Assembly: GCA_964405015.1 (NCBI GenBank)
Contig: CAYOME010000002.1
Location: 68,174-132,173, forward strand
DNA from: an uncultured Candidatus Saccharibacteria bacterium
GTDB taxonomy: Bacteria; Patescibacteriota; Dojkabacteria; SC72
Length of the DNA stretch: 64,000 bases
Direction: 5' to 3'
The position numbers and the translations under genes were made by a program. The notes under the pieces are model-generated. The model saw only the letters and a list, made by a program, of their open reading frames with translations, searched no databases and was not told where the DNA came from. Of the stretch, positions 18,426 to 28,420 are shown piece after piece. Numbering within the stretch: the stretch's first letter is position 1; each line of letters opens with the position of its first letter.

Positions 18426-19576
18426 TGCTTCAAAACAAATTCAAAAGGATTGCTGTTATTGCGGATCAAATGACTTCTTTTGGTGGTGCTGATAGGGAGA
18501 TGTTCTCTATGTTAAAGCTTTTTCCTAATGCTGATATATTTACGATCGCCTTTGACAAGAGTGCATATGAGGGTATCTCTCAAAATGTATATACGAGTTT
18601 TGTACAGAGAATTCCAAAACCAAAGAGTTTTTACAGACATCTTAAAATACTCTCTCCTTTAGCATATGAAAATTTCAATTTGGAAGGGTATGATCTTGTA
18701 ATTAGTATTTCTGCTGGTCCTGCAAGAGGGGTTATAACTGGGATATATCAACCCCACATAGCTATGGTTATGACACCTCCTCGTAGTCTTTGGGATCATG
18801 AATTGAATGTTAGATCTTCTAGATTAAGAAATATATACAAACCAATTTCTACTGTCTTAAATACATACATGCGTATTTGGGATTACTCAATATCCAAAAG
18901 AGTAGATTACTGGACGGCTAATTCTAAATATATAGCTTCAAAGATCAAGAAAAGATATGGGGTTAATCCTACCGTTATATATCCTGGTATTTCTAAAGAG
19001 TGTTTTGAGGATATATCTGAAAAAAGGGAAGAGGATATTAGGAGAAAATATGATTTACAAGGAGATTTTGTCTTGGTTGTTTCTCGTTTGTATGATTACA
19101 AAAGGATAGATTGGGCCATTAGATCTTGTATATCTGTTGGCAAACAACTGGTAATTGTTGGTGATGGTCCTGACATGAAATATTTAAAAAAGGTTGCAAA
19201 TGGGAATCCTTTAGTAAAGTTTTTAGGCTTTGTTAAAGATGATTCTGAGGTTCGGGTGTTTTACAAAATTTCCGATGTATTACTTTTTTGCGGTATAGAG
19301 GATTTTGGCCTAGTACCTGTAGAAGCTATGGCACAGGGTACTCCTGTGTTTGCATATGCTAGAGGTGGTGTACTTGAAACAGTTAAAAGAGTAGTATGTG
19401 GAGAGTTTTTTAATGATGAGGAGGAGTTGGTAAAATTACTTAAGAATTTTCAAAAGAGAGGGTATAATCCTAGAGAGATTGTTAAAAGGGCCAATGAATT
19501 TAGTGAAGAGAAATTTTTAGATAATCTAGAGAGATATATTTCAAAAGTATATGACACAGAAAGAAAAAAGTATTAA
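18425..19576 (+). CDS. Glycosyltransferase family 1 (GT4-type)
   Basis: EDFGLVPVEAMAQGTPVFAYARGGVLETV. Confidence 0.7.
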   Translation: MLQNKFKRIAVIADQMTSFGGADREMFSMLKLFPNADIFTIAFDKSAYEGISQNVYTSFVQRIPKPKSFYRHLKILSPLAYENFNLEGYDLVISISAGPARGVITGIYQPHIAMVMTPPRSLWDHELNVRSSRLRNIYKPISTVLNTYMRIWDYSISKRVDYWTANSKYIASKIKKRYGVNPTVIYPGISKECFEDISEKREEDIRRKYDLQGDFVLVVSRLYDYKRIDWAIRSCISVGKQLVIVGDGPDMKYLKKVANGNPLVKFLGFVKDDSEVRVFYKISDVLLFCGIEDFGLVPVEAMAQGTPVFAYARGGVLETVKRVVCGEFFNDEEELVKLLKNFQKRGYNPREIVKRANEFSEEKFLDNLERYISKVYDTERKKY

Positions 19577-20723
19577 ATACAAAATCGCTATTGTAAGTGA
19601 CCCTTTATACAAATATGGAGGTGCTGAGAAGCATTTAGGAGATATGATAAGGGCATTCCCTAACTGTACTTTGTATACGGCTTTTTGTGATAGGGAATTT
19701 GTTAAGAGATATTTCCCAAATGTTGAAATCAAGACTTCCTTTATGCAATATATTCCTGGTAAGTTTAAGTTCAGATATTTTTTACAACTTTTTCAGCCAT
19801 TGGCATACAGATCATTTAGGTTTAAAGGATATGATGCGATACTTTCCCTCTCTATCGCTTTTGCTAAATATGCAAATGGAGATATACCACATATTAATAT
19901 CTGTATGTCACCTACAAAATTCTTCTGGGAGAAAGAGGGTCGATCATTAAAGAGTAGCAATCAGCTAAAAGGTTTCAACAAAGTCCTTTTTAATATATAT
20001 TCCTTTTTCATGGATACCTTCTTGGAGGATATTTGGAAAGATTGGGATAGGAAAGCTGCACAAAAAGTAGACCGAATGATTGCAATATCTAATGTTGTTA
20101 AAAAAAGAATTAAAAAGTATTACCAAAGAGAAAGTGATGTAATATATCCTCCTGTTGAAGTGAAGGCTATTGGAGAAGTGACAAAGGTTAACAGAAAAGA
20201 GAATTGGTTTTTGTATTTAGGTCGAGTTGAAACCTACAAAGGTGTTGAGTTAGCTATTAGAGCAGCCCATGATGCAAAAGTTCCACTAAAGGTTGCTGGT
20301 GCAGGAGATGATTTAGAAAGAATGAAATCGTTGGTTAAAGAATTAAATGCAAAAGGTTTTGTTAAATTCTTGGGTTTCGTATCCGAAGAAGAAAAATTGG
20401 ATTTACTTGCGAAGGCCAAAGCTTTGATATTTCCAGTTCAAGGAGAAGACTTCGGAATTGTACCTGTAGAAGCTAATGCAGCTGGTACTCCAGTTGTTGC
20501 ATACCAGGATGGAGGAGTTACCGAAACAATATCCGATATTAATCCGAAAAGTGGTGAGTTCTTTGCTAAATATGATTACAAATCTCTTTCAAAGATATTA
20601 AAGAATTTTGACGGTAGGCAATACAAGAGTGAAAACTGTAGAAAACAAGCTAGTAACTTTGCTGTAGAAATATTTATTTACAAACTTCAAAGGTATGTCG
20701 ATGATGTTATACAGAATAGCTAA
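19551..20723 (+). CDS. Glycosyltransferase family 1 (GT4-type)
   Basis: EDFGIVPVEANAAGTPVVAYQDGGVTETI. Overlaps its neighbours, operon-like. Confidence 0.7.
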   Translation: MTQKEKSIKYKIAIVSDPLYKYGGAEKHLGDMIRAFPNCTLYTAFCDREFVKRYFPNVEIKTSFMQYIPGKFKFRYFLQLFQPLAYRSFRFKGYDAILSLSIAFAKYANGDIPHINICMSPTKFFWEKEGRSLKSSNQLKGFNKVLFNIYSFFMDTFLEDIWKDWDRKAAQKVDRMIAISNVVKKRIKKYYQRESDVIYPPVEVKAIGEVTKVNRKENWFLYLGRVETYKGVELAIRAAHDAKVPLKVAGAGDDLERMKSLVKELNAKGFVKFLGFVSEEEKLDLLAKAKALIFPVQGEDFGIVPVEANAAGTPVVAYQDGGVTETISDINPKSGEFFAKYDYKSLSKILKNFDGRQYKSENCRKQASNFAVEIFIYKLQRYVDDVIQNS

Positions 20724-21342
20724 AAGGATAATCGACTTGATTGTTTCAACTATTCTTTGGATATTAACTTCTCCCTTAATGCTTGTAATTTCTTTTTTAA
20801 TTAAAATATCAGATGGAGGGGAAATATTTGTAGGAACTCCAGTCAGATATGGCTTCGGAAAGAAATCTTTCTTTATGTACAAGTTTCGTACAATGATACC
20901 TAATGCTCATGAAAGAGCCATGAGTGAAGAAAACATTAGGGAAGAATTGTTAAGCAATCATAAGCTAGAAAAGGATAGTAGAGTAACAAGAATAGGGGGA
21001 TGGCTTCGCAATACCGATATGGATGAGCTACCTCAATTGATAAATGTAATACTTGGTCAAATGAGCATGGTTGGTCCAAGACCCTTTTACGACGAAGAGA
21101 TAAAGTATCATTTAGAGAAATATCCGAATGATATACAATATTTTAATGATATATTTAAGGCGAAACCTGGATTAACAGGAATCTGGCAAGTCTCTGGAAG
21201 AAATGAAATACCCTTTAGAAAACGATTACAAATGGAAAGCTACTACGCAACTCACCCAAATATCCTAAAAGACATCTATATACTTCTTAAAACCCCCTTT
21301 GTAATTCTCACTCGCAAAGGTGTAAAGGGAAGAAATATATAG
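20695..21342 (+). CDS. Initiating undecaprenyl-phosphate sugar phosphotransferase (bacterial sugar transferase family, WbaP/PglC-like)
   Basis: N-terminal TM helix, then MYKFRTM, MSMVGPRP and QVSGRNE motifs of PF02397. Confidence 0.7.
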   Translation: MSMMLYRIAKRIIDLIVSTILWILTSPLMLVISFLIKISDGGEIFVGTPVRYGFGKKSFFMYKFRTMIPNAHERAMSEENIREELLSNHKLEKDSRVTRIGGWLRNTDMDELPQLINVILGQMSMVGPRPFYDEEIKYHLEKYPNDIQYFNDIFKAKPGLTGIWQVSGRNEIPFRKRLQMESYYATHPNILKDIYILLKTPFVILTRKGVKGRNI

Positions 21343-21399
21343 ACCCAGGTCTGTTAATTTAGCTCATACCTAAGATAAAAGGTTAGACTAGGGTCTACC
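21340..21399 (-). repeat. Conserved intergenic element, copy A (reverse orientation): palindrome TAGAC-N4-GTCTA plus GACCTGGGT box
   Basis: The reverse complement reads GGTAGACCCTAGTCTAA-(31 nt)-CAGACCTGGGTCTA. Same spacing (46 nt) as copies B-D. Confidence 0.6.
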
Positions 21400-21405
21400 A
21401 ATGAT

Positions 21406-22020
21406 ATGCGAGATGTTGTTGTAATAATAAAATCTGTGAACTATTCCGAAGCCGATAAAGTTTTGACTGTATTTGGTCGAAATAGCGGGAAATTTACTCT
21501 TTTTGCAAGAGGTATTAGAAAGATAAATAGTAAAAACAGGGGGAATATGCAAACTCTTTGTATCAGTGATATATCTTTTCATGAAGGTAAGGGACTACCT
21601 TTGTTAATAGAATCTTCTTTTTTGTTTACACCTAACACTGATGTATTAAAGAATAGAACTGAAAATCTAAGAAGAGTATTAATCATGTTGAATAAAATTC
21701 TTGCTGAAAATGATCCTAATGTAAAAGTATTTAATATGCTGAAGAGCGTTTTAGAAAAAGATTTCAATACAGAATCAACAAATCGTTTCAGAGTTATCTT
21801 TCTAAAAGAGATGGGTTTTCTTCAAGATTTTAGTATGTGTAATATCTGTGGTGTTAACGAAGGACTCGAATATATGGATGTTTCCAGCTTTGCTCTTCTT
21901 TGTAAAAACTGTTACAGTAAGGTAGGAAAGTGTTACAGATTAGGTAAAAATCCATATACAGAAGAATTCTTTACGCAGGCTTTAGATATATATGTTAAGA
22001 GAGTAATAGAAGAGATATAG
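21406..22020 (+). CDS. recO: DNA repair protein RecO
   Basis: N-terminal OB-fold segment ...IIKSVNYSEADKVLTVFGRNSGKFTLFARG... and a C-terminal CNICG...LLCKNC zinc finger. Confidence 0.6.
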   Translation: MRDVVVIIKSVNYSEADKVLTVFGRNSGKFTLFARGIRKINSKNRGNMQTLCISDISFHEGKGLPLLIESSFLFTPNTDVLKNRTENLRRVLIMLNKILAENDPNVKVFNMLKSVLEKDFNTESTNRFRVIFLKEMGFLQDFSMCNICGVNEGLEYMDVSSFALLCKNCYSKVGKCYRLGKNPYTEEFFTQALDIYVKRVIEEI

Positions 22021-22022
22021 CT

Positions 22023-24098
22023 ATGAAATATACTGCTGCCCTAAAATATATATTTCTTTTTTTTCTTACAATCTTTTTTGTTCCAAAAGTTTTTGCACAA
22101 AATTATATTGAAATGAGTTCTGAGGGTGTAACTGTTGAAGCCAATATTAATGTAGATTTCTATTCCATTGTTAATGCAAACCCAATAACTGTAGAGATAG
22201 GGCAACCAAGTAATGTTGAGATTAGAGTTTTGTCACCTAGTGGATTGGGTATTTCTGGAAGACAGGTAGTAATTGTTTCCTCTGGATTAAATATTACTCA
22301 ACCTGTGACATTAACGAATGCGACTGGTAGGACAAATGGCTCTGTATATTCGAATGTACCTGGGACATATACAATCTGTGCTAAGGATACAACATTTGGA
22401 TATGATATTGTCATACAGAATTGTAAAACTTTGTATGTAGTGCCTGTCCCTATACCTTCTATTTTACCTGAACCCCAATATACAAAAGGTTTAAGTAATA
22501 TGGTTATGTGGAGTAGTTTAGGTAATAACTATCGATACAACGTTCAAGTAAGTGAATTCTCTGATTTCAATACAGTACTCAGTGAGTCTGGATATACAAC
22601 AAATACCTCTTTTGAATTTAATGGGCTGGAAGATGGAAAGATGTATTTTTACAGAGTTAGAGCCCAAAATGAATATGGTGGTGTAAGTAGTTGGTCTAAT
22701 ATTGTTTATAGTGTACAGGATAATGTGCCTCCAGTTATTGAAGTATTAGATCTTGGTAATGTAGGTGAGAATGATACTGTTAACTGGAGTGGAACTGATA
22801 TTGTTACTATGATCTTTAGGGTTAGTGATAACTTGCAGTTAGCTAGTGCAAAACCAATTTGTATTACCTCCTATGACATGAGCTATGTATGTACCAATGA
22901 TTACGTGCTAGAAGGAGATATTCTAACAGTTAATGTAAGGTTGGGAGATTTAGAAAGAGTATCTGGGGTATATTTGAGAGATAGCTATGAATTTTGTATA
23001 GAGGCAAGTGATACAGCTACAAATATTACAAAAATGTGTGATATTCGTATAAATATCTCACAAGGAGAGTATCCTGTCGAACCAGCAAAACCACCTGTTA
23101 TAGATAGAATTGAGAAGGGTTTAGAGGATTTAGATGTTATTTTGGATAATACTATCGGTAAATTAGATCCTACGGATCTTGATAGGGTAAGTACTACTAC
23201 ATCCATAGTTACTGCTACGTCAGCAATCGCGATTGCTGCTGGTAGTTTTGGTAGTATTCCATATTTCTTTCTTCAGTTATTCCTAAATCTACTTTCTTGG
23301 TTGGGCTTTAGGAAGGGTGTTAAACCTGTTGGTTTTGTATATGACTCAGTTACTAAAGAACCTATTTCTCAAGCCATTGTAAGAATCTTTGATGAGGAAA
23401 ACCGTATTGTATGGTCTGATGTTACTGATTCTAAGGGATATTTTAGTGCTAGCTTAAAAGATGGAAAATACAGGATTGTTGTTCGTGTTCCTGGGTATTT
23501 GTATCCTTCTAATGTTGTATTTGGTAAGGAGGATTATCCTTTAACCAATGTTTACCATGGTGAGGAGTTTACAATAACTTCAGATGATGAACCAAACTTT
23601 GCTGTTCCTTTGGATCCTCTCGAAATATCAAAATTACGAATATCTTTTGAAACAATTTGGGCTAGATTTAAATTTCTAATTAATATATTGCATGTTTTGT
23701 TGTTTGTATTTGGTCTAGTCTTTGCTTTGTATACTTATTACAATTTCCCTTCTACATTGTCCTTAATTGTATTACTTTTGTATATACCTTCTTTCTTCTT
23801 TATCTTACGATATATTTTTGTTGTTTCTGATGAATATGGAATTGTTAAAAACAAAGATGGAGAAAGGCTTGAGGGGGTAGTTGTTGGTTTGAGGGAATCT
23901 GAATTCGACAAGATTATTGCTAAAAGGGTTACTGATTCTAGGGGTAGGTATAGGTTTCTTGTAGATGAGGGCCGTTACTATATTGAAATATTAGATACTG
24001 GATACAAAGTAGAGGATATTGAGAGTGGGGATGAGGTATTAGTTAAGAAAGAGGAATTGGTTACAAGGGATATTGTATTATCAAGGATTGAAGAGTGA
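22023..24098 (+). CDS. Large surface protein with signal peptide, Fn3-like domain and a C-terminal TM + CarboxypepD_reg-like module (paralogous to the C-terminus of the 2184-aa protein)
   Basis: Signal/anchor MKYTAALKYIFLFFLTIFFVPKVFA. Fn3-like YRYNVQVSEF...YFYRVRAQNEYGGVSSWS. The C-terminal block LGFRKGVKPVGFVYDSVTKEPISQAIVRIFD...GKEDYPLTNVYHGEEF...IAKRVTDSRGRYRF is alignable to the giant protein's C-terminus. Confidence 0.6.
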   Translation: MKYTAALKYIFLFFLTIFFVPKVFAQNYIEMSSEGVTVEANINVDFYSIVNANPITVEIGQPSNVEIRVLSPSGLGISGRQVVIVSSGLNITQPVTLTNATGRTNGSVYSNVPGTYTICAKDTTFGYDIVIQNCKTLYVVPVPIPSILPEPQYTKGLSNMVMWSSLGNNYRYNVQVSEFSDFNTVLSESGYTTNTSFEFNGLEDGKMYFYRVRAQNEYGGVSSWSNIVYSVQDNVPPVIEVLDLGNVGENDTVNWSGTDIVTMIFRVSDNLQLASAKPICITSYDMSYVCTNDYVLEGDILTVNVRLGDLERVSGVYLRDSYEFCIEASDTATNITKMCDIRINISQGEYPVEPAKPPVIDRIEKGLEDLDVILDNTIGKLDPTDLDRVSTTTSIVTATSAIAIAAGSFGSIPYFFLQLFLNLLSWLGFRKGVKPVGFVYDSVTKEPISQAIVRIFDEENRIVWSDVTDSKGYFSASLKDGKYRIVVRVPGYLYPSNVVFGKEDYPLTNVYHGEEFTITSDDEPNFAVPLDPLEISKLRISFETIWARFKFLINILHVLLFVFGLVFALYTYYNFPSTLSLIVLLLYIPSFFFILRYIFVVSDEYGIVKNKDGERLEGVVVGLRESEFDKIIAKRVTDSRGRYRFLVDEGRYYIEILDTGYKVEDIESGDEVLVKKEELVTRDIVLSRIEE

Positions 24099-24150
24099 TT
24101 TGTATTGAAAAATCTTTAATCTATTGGTATTATTCTGTGTTCATTGAACT

Positions 24151-24223
24151 GGGTGTATAGCTCAATTGGTAGAGCAAACGGCTCTTAACCGTTAGGTTCA
24201 GGGTTCGAGCCCCTGTACACCCA
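24151..24223 (+). tRNA. tRNA-Lys: tRNA-Lys (anticodon CTT)
   Basis: Hand-folded cloverleaf with acceptor GGGTGTA/TACACCC, D-stem GCTC/GAGC, anticodon stem AACGG/CCGTT with loop CTCTTAA, and T-arm CAGGG-TTCGAGC-CCCTG. Discriminator A. CCA not encoded. Confidence 0.8.
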
Positions 24224-24373
24224 AAGCTAAAGCGTCTCTTGTATATCCCATAGCTATTAATTCCCCTACAAAGTCTTTATTTTAAATAGACAATTTGTTT
24301 CCAAGCTTACTAGCTTTTATAATTCTTACTGCAAAGTGGTAATATTGTTTATATAATCTCTTGAATTAAAAAC

Positions 24374-24844
24374 ATGATAGAAAACAATCGATTAAAAAGC
24401 CTTTTAAGAGAGTTTAATATAAAAGGTTATGCAGATTCAAACTCAAAATATATTGATAACGGTAAGAATGGGAAAGTTTTAAATCTTGTAATTGGTAACT
24501 ATACATATGAGGATGAATTCTACGGAGGAGAACCATATTCAGGAAATGAAACTATATGGGAAGAAGGTAAGGATATCTTTAGATGTGTGTATTGGGGGAA
24601 GGTAGCTAATGGTATCAATTTCTCTGATATTTATAGTTTCCTCAGAAAAGCATTATCAAAAGGTCCAGATGGAGAATTAGTACATAGGGGACCTAGTGAA
24701 TATGTAGAAGGTAATTTGAAGTATACAAACAGTGTAGAAGGAAATATTGAAGAGTTTAGACAAGTAGAGAAAATCTCTATGAATGAAAAAGAGGTCTATG
24801 TCGCATATTTTGTCGGTGGTAGAGTTAATGTGCAGAAGGAATAG
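24374..24844 (+). CDS. Hypothetical protein (156 aa)
   Basis: ORF only. Confidence 0.3.
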   Translation: MIENNRLKSLLREFNIKGYADSNSKYIDNGKNGKVLNLVIGNYTYEDEFYGGEPYSGNETIWEEGKDIFRCVYWGKVANGINFSDIYSFLRKALSKGPDGELVHRGPSEYVEGNLKYTNSVEGNIEEFRQVEKISMNEKEVYVAYFVGGRVNVQKE

Positions 24845-24896
24845 CTTCTGAAATCGAAATGAGAATATAATTCAGGGTATTCATATTTTAAACCTT

Positions 24897-25631
24897 TTAC
24901 TCTATCTTCTGATATCCCATTACTTCAAAATTGCCACCATCTCTTTGTATTTCCTCCATGAAGACATCAACCTCTTCCTGAGATAGGACTCCACCAGCCA
25001 TATGTTCTTCTAAAGCAGATCTCTTTTCATCAAGAAAATCAGATATCTCTATTCCAACAGGGTTATTTCTCATATATGAGTCAGAGAGAAGGAATTCGGA
25101 GACATAACAAGGTTTTAGACCATCCTTAATTTGTTCAGGAAAAAACCCGTTATCTCTACAATATGGATATGTAGCATCAAAAACAGTAGTTGCTAAATTT
25201 CTATGATCTCTGTGATTAATCCACCTTATATCCTTTGAAAAATCATTTATTATCTCGAAAGGGTTATGTGTTATTACGATATCAGGCTGAAAATCTCTTA
25301 AGTGGTATACTATTTTCCCTATATTCTCTATTGAAGCTTCAAATTCTCCATCCGGAACATCAAGATTAAAAATTTCATCTTCTTTCAAACCAAGTTTTAA
25401 TCCCGCAGAAATTTGAGAATTAAGCCTAATCTTTCTAAAATCGTTATTTGAGAAATTTCCCTCGTGCATTCCTTTATCACCATTTGTTGCAATTATGGTT
25501 CTTACTTTCTTCCCATCTTTTATTAATCTTGTAATCGTTCCTCCACATATGATTTCAGCATCATCCGGATGTGCTAACACTACTAATACTCTCTCTTTAT
25601 TCCCAAATATTTCTAAGTAAGAATCAATCAT
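24897..25631 (-). CDS. PIG-L/LmbE-family N-acetylglucosaminyl deacetylase
   Basis: VLAHPDDAEIICGGTI and ...HRDH... metal-binding motifs of the LmbE-like family. Confidence 0.65.
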   Translation of the reverse strand: MIDSYLEIFGNKERVLVVLAHPDDAEIICGGTITRLIKDGKKVRTIIATNGDKGMHEGNFSNNDFRKIRLNSQISAGLKLGLKEDEIFNLDVPDGEFEASIENIGKIVYHLRDFQPDIVITHNPFEIINDFSKDIRWINHRDHRNLATTVFDATYPYCRDNGFFPEQIKDGLKPCYVSEFLLSDSYMRNNPVGIEISDFLDEKRSALEEHMAGGVLSQEEVDVFMEEIQRDGGNFEVMGYQKIE

Positions 25632-25795
25632 TATTTCTTAAAAGAAAAATATTAATACCTGATTATATCACTTACAATTTAAAGCTTCTCTTACATATCC
25701 TATAGATGCTCAATTCCATCTTAAATGTTGTCATAATAGTAAATATTTCTCCTAGGCTTACTCTATTGTTGTCTTGTATATTTGAGATATAATAA

Positions 25796-26695
25796 ATGTA
25801 TAAATTTAGGATAGTAAAAATGGAAAATAGTAATGATCAAAAAGTAAATGGTAAAGAAATGAAAGAGAAGGAAGTAGTTAAATCACCGAAAAAGAATCTT
25901 CTACTATATATAATTCTTGGAATAGTCTCTTTCCTTTTCATTTCGTTTATATGTCTTGTAATAGTTCTTTTTGTTACTCATAAAGTGCAAATTATAAAAG
26001 ATGGAGATAACAATCCGTATACTCCAGAAATAGTTGAAGACAAGGATAAAGATGGAGTTGATGATTTACTACCAAATGATGAAAAGGGTGATGAATCTAA
26101 TGAAGAGAAGGTAGAGAATACTCCTGATGAGGTCAGTATTAAATTGGTAGATGGTAAGGAATTAGTTGTAAACATTGAAAACTCTGAATGCGATAATACA
26201 GGTTTTCAAATTATTGAGCACAATGAAAAAATGACTAGGTATGCAGATAATCAGAATATGTATTGTTCATCATGGTACGAATTAGAATATTTTGTTGATG
26301 AAAATGCAATGACGAACTACTACTCAAAAGGTACCGCAAAATATCCATTGGAAGCAGAAATAATTGAGGGTGTTACATATACGTATATTGCAAAATATGA
26401 AGGTGAGACTGAGGATGATTGGGGATATGGTCTTGCATATCAATGGTTTCCTGTAACGAAGGTTAAAGGATATGAAGCATCAAAGATTGTTAGCTATGAG
26501 AATAGATTGTACAGGGAAGCGAATATTAAGGAAGGTGCTTTGAAAACAAATCTTTGTGTCTTTAATTTGAATAAAGTAGATAACAAATTGTCTGGATATT
26601 TGGTATTTAGTGGAGCTGCCTCATATGGTAGTGAAGTTAATTACTGTAATGATCTTAGCGACATGGAGACTTTTGGTTTAAAGCTTGGTTTGTAA
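25796..26695 (+). CDS. Membrane-anchored hypothetical protein with an acidic linker
   Basis: N-terminal TM LLLYIILGIVSFLFISFICLVIVLFV, then a D/E/K-rich segment. Confidence 0.35.
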   Translation: MYKFRIVKMENSNDQKVNGKEMKEKEVVKSPKKNLLLYIILGIVSFLFISFICLVIVLFVTHKVQIIKDGDNNPYTPEIVEDKDKDGVDDLLPNDEKGDESNEEKVENTPDEVSIKLVDGKELVVNIENSECDNTGFQIIEHNEKMTRYADNQNMYCSSWYELEYFVDENAMTNYYSKGTAKYPLEAEIIEGVTYTYIAKYEGETEDDWGYGLAYQWFPVTKVKGYEASKIVSYENRLYREANIKEGALKTNLCVFNLNKVDNKLSGYLVFSGAASYGSEVNYCNDLSDMETFGLKLGL

Positions 26696-26747
26696 GACTT
26701 GTAGTATGTAAAATATGTGTAAAATCTTTTCTTGAAAAGGATATCTT

Positions 26748-28346
26748 CTATACAGGCTTAGACATGTACATTCCAGTTTCATTAAAACCTCTCTTTTTAT
26801 AATATTGTTTAGTTCCGATAGCAGTAATTACGGAAATCTTTTTAAATCCTTCATCTTTGCTTATTTCTTGAGCTTTCTCTATCATTTTCTTACCCAAACC
26901 AAGATGTTGAGATTCTCCAGAGCTTTCATCCCCAATATTTACTAAAGAACCATATACATGTACCTCCCTTATTATTGCATGTCCATTAATCTCATCAATA
27001 TATGAATCTTTAAGAGGTAATGAAAGTCTTAAAAATGAACAGATCTTGTCTGATGTTTTAGTTTTGTATGAAATGAAATATTCATCTGAAACTGTAGTAT
27101 GGTAATTGAGTATCTCTAATTCTAAATCCTCCCATGTCACTCTCTCATCCTTTATTTCTCTACTTCGGATATCTTGAATACTTAGACCTAAACGTTTAAT
27201 TTCCCTCTCTGCTATTTCTCTAAAATTAGTAGACTTATTTCCATCCACTATCTCATTTGAAGGAATATCTCTTACAATCCTGGTTAGTCTTGTATATCTA
27301 GGTGTATTAGGAAGGATATTTACAAACAAATTCATTAATTCATCTTTAGAATACGGCTTGTATTTACCTTCTCTGTAATATTTCTCAAGCAAAGTATTAG
27401 ATATTATCGAAGTAGGGTAGATCTTTAATTCATCTGGAGAATATTCTTTATTCCAAAGCATATTAAAATCCAAAATATCTTTTTCCACTGATGAACCATA
27501 TAGATTGGGCATCCAATGAGCATGAATTTTAAAACCAGCAAGTCTTAACAATTCAAATGCTTTTTTGGTTTCGGTAGTGCTATGACCCCTTCTATTAAGT
27601 TCTAAGATTTTGTCATCTAAACTCTGTATCCCTATTTGAATCTTAGTAGCACCCAACTTTCTTAACCTAATGACTTCTTCAGGTGTAATGTAATCAGGTC
27701 TAGTTTCTAGAACTAATCCTACATTTCTACATACCGTTGTTTCATTGTATTTTTGGACTTCAAGAAGTTGTTCCCAAGAAATATCATTAATCCCTTCCTC
27801 ATTTTTTTCAAAAGAGGAATCACCAAAGCTATTCATAGCATCAAAACATCTCTTTACAAACCAAATGATGTATGATTCGGGGTAGAAGGAACAAGTACCA
27901 CCTAAAATTATCAACTCAACCTTGTCAGTATTATGACCAATATTTTGCAATGCCTTTATACGATTGTATGTTTGGTAGAATGGATCAAAATCATTTTTAA
28001 AAGCCCTCTGAGCCCCTGGTTCACTAGCTATATATGATTTAGGCATACTTGGGTCATTAGGGCAGAATATACAGTTCCCAGGACACCCAAAGGGCTTCAT
28101 GAGTACCGTAACAGTAGCCACTCCAGATTGAGTTCTAACAGGTTTCATCCTGATTCTCTCCTCAATATCCTTGTTTAGAGTAATCTCCCCATCATTAACC
28201 AACACTCTATATGCTTCTACCAGTTCATCATGTCTATATAACCCTTTCCCATCCTTTGGAAAACGCTTAAGAATACCCTGAAGAGAATTCTCCCTCCAAA
28301 ACCTCGTACCCTCAATCTCTTTGAAAATCTTTTTAAAATCATCCAT
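26748..28346 (-). CDS. elp3: Elp3-like tRNA-modifying radical-SAM / GNAT acetyltransferase
   Basis: PFGCPGNCIFCPN radical-SAM cluster motif after an N-terminal basic region. C-terminal GNAT domain (...HLGLGKKMIEKAQEISKDEGFKKISVITAIGTKQYYKKRGF). 532 aa, the size and architecture of archaeal/eukaryotic Elp3. Confidence 0.75.
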   Translation of the reverse strand: MDDFKKIFKEIEGTRFWRENSLQGILKRFPKDGKGLYRHDELVEAYRVLVNDGEITLNKDIEERIRMKPVRTQSGVATVTVLMKPFGCPGNCIFCPNDPSMPKSYIASEPGAQRAFKNDFDPFYQTYNRIKALQNIGHNTDKVELIILGGTCSFYPESYIIWFVKRCFDAMNSFGDSSFEKNEEGINDISWEQLLEVQKYNETTVCRNVGLVLETRPDYITPEEVIRLRKLGATKIQIGIQSLDDKILELNRRGHSTTETKKAFELLRLAGFKIHAHWMPNLYGSSVEKDILDFNMLWNKEYSPDELKIYPTSIISNTLLEKYYREGKYKPYSKDELMNLFVNILPNTPRYTRLTRIVRDIPSNEIVDGNKSTNFREIAEREIKRLGLSIQDIRSREIKDERVTWEDLELEILNYHTTVSDEYFISYKTKTSDKICSFLRLSLPLKDSYIDEINGHAIIREVHVYGSLVNIGDESSGESQHLGLGKKMIEKAQEISKDEGFKKISVITAIGTKQYYKKRGFNETGMYMSKPV

Positions 28347-28359
28347 ACCCGAATTATAT

Positions 28360-28420
28360 GGTAAACCCTAGTCTAATAGAAGGGGGTGTGGGAAAGGGTT
28401 AACCTACTGACCTGGGTATG
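28360..28420 (+). repeat. Conserved intergenic element, copy B
   Basis: GGTAAACCCTAGTCTAA-(32 nt)-CTGACCTGGGTATG. The GACCTGGGTA box also supplies the last codons (TYPGQ*) of the flavoprotein gene on the opposite strand. Confidence 0.6.
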
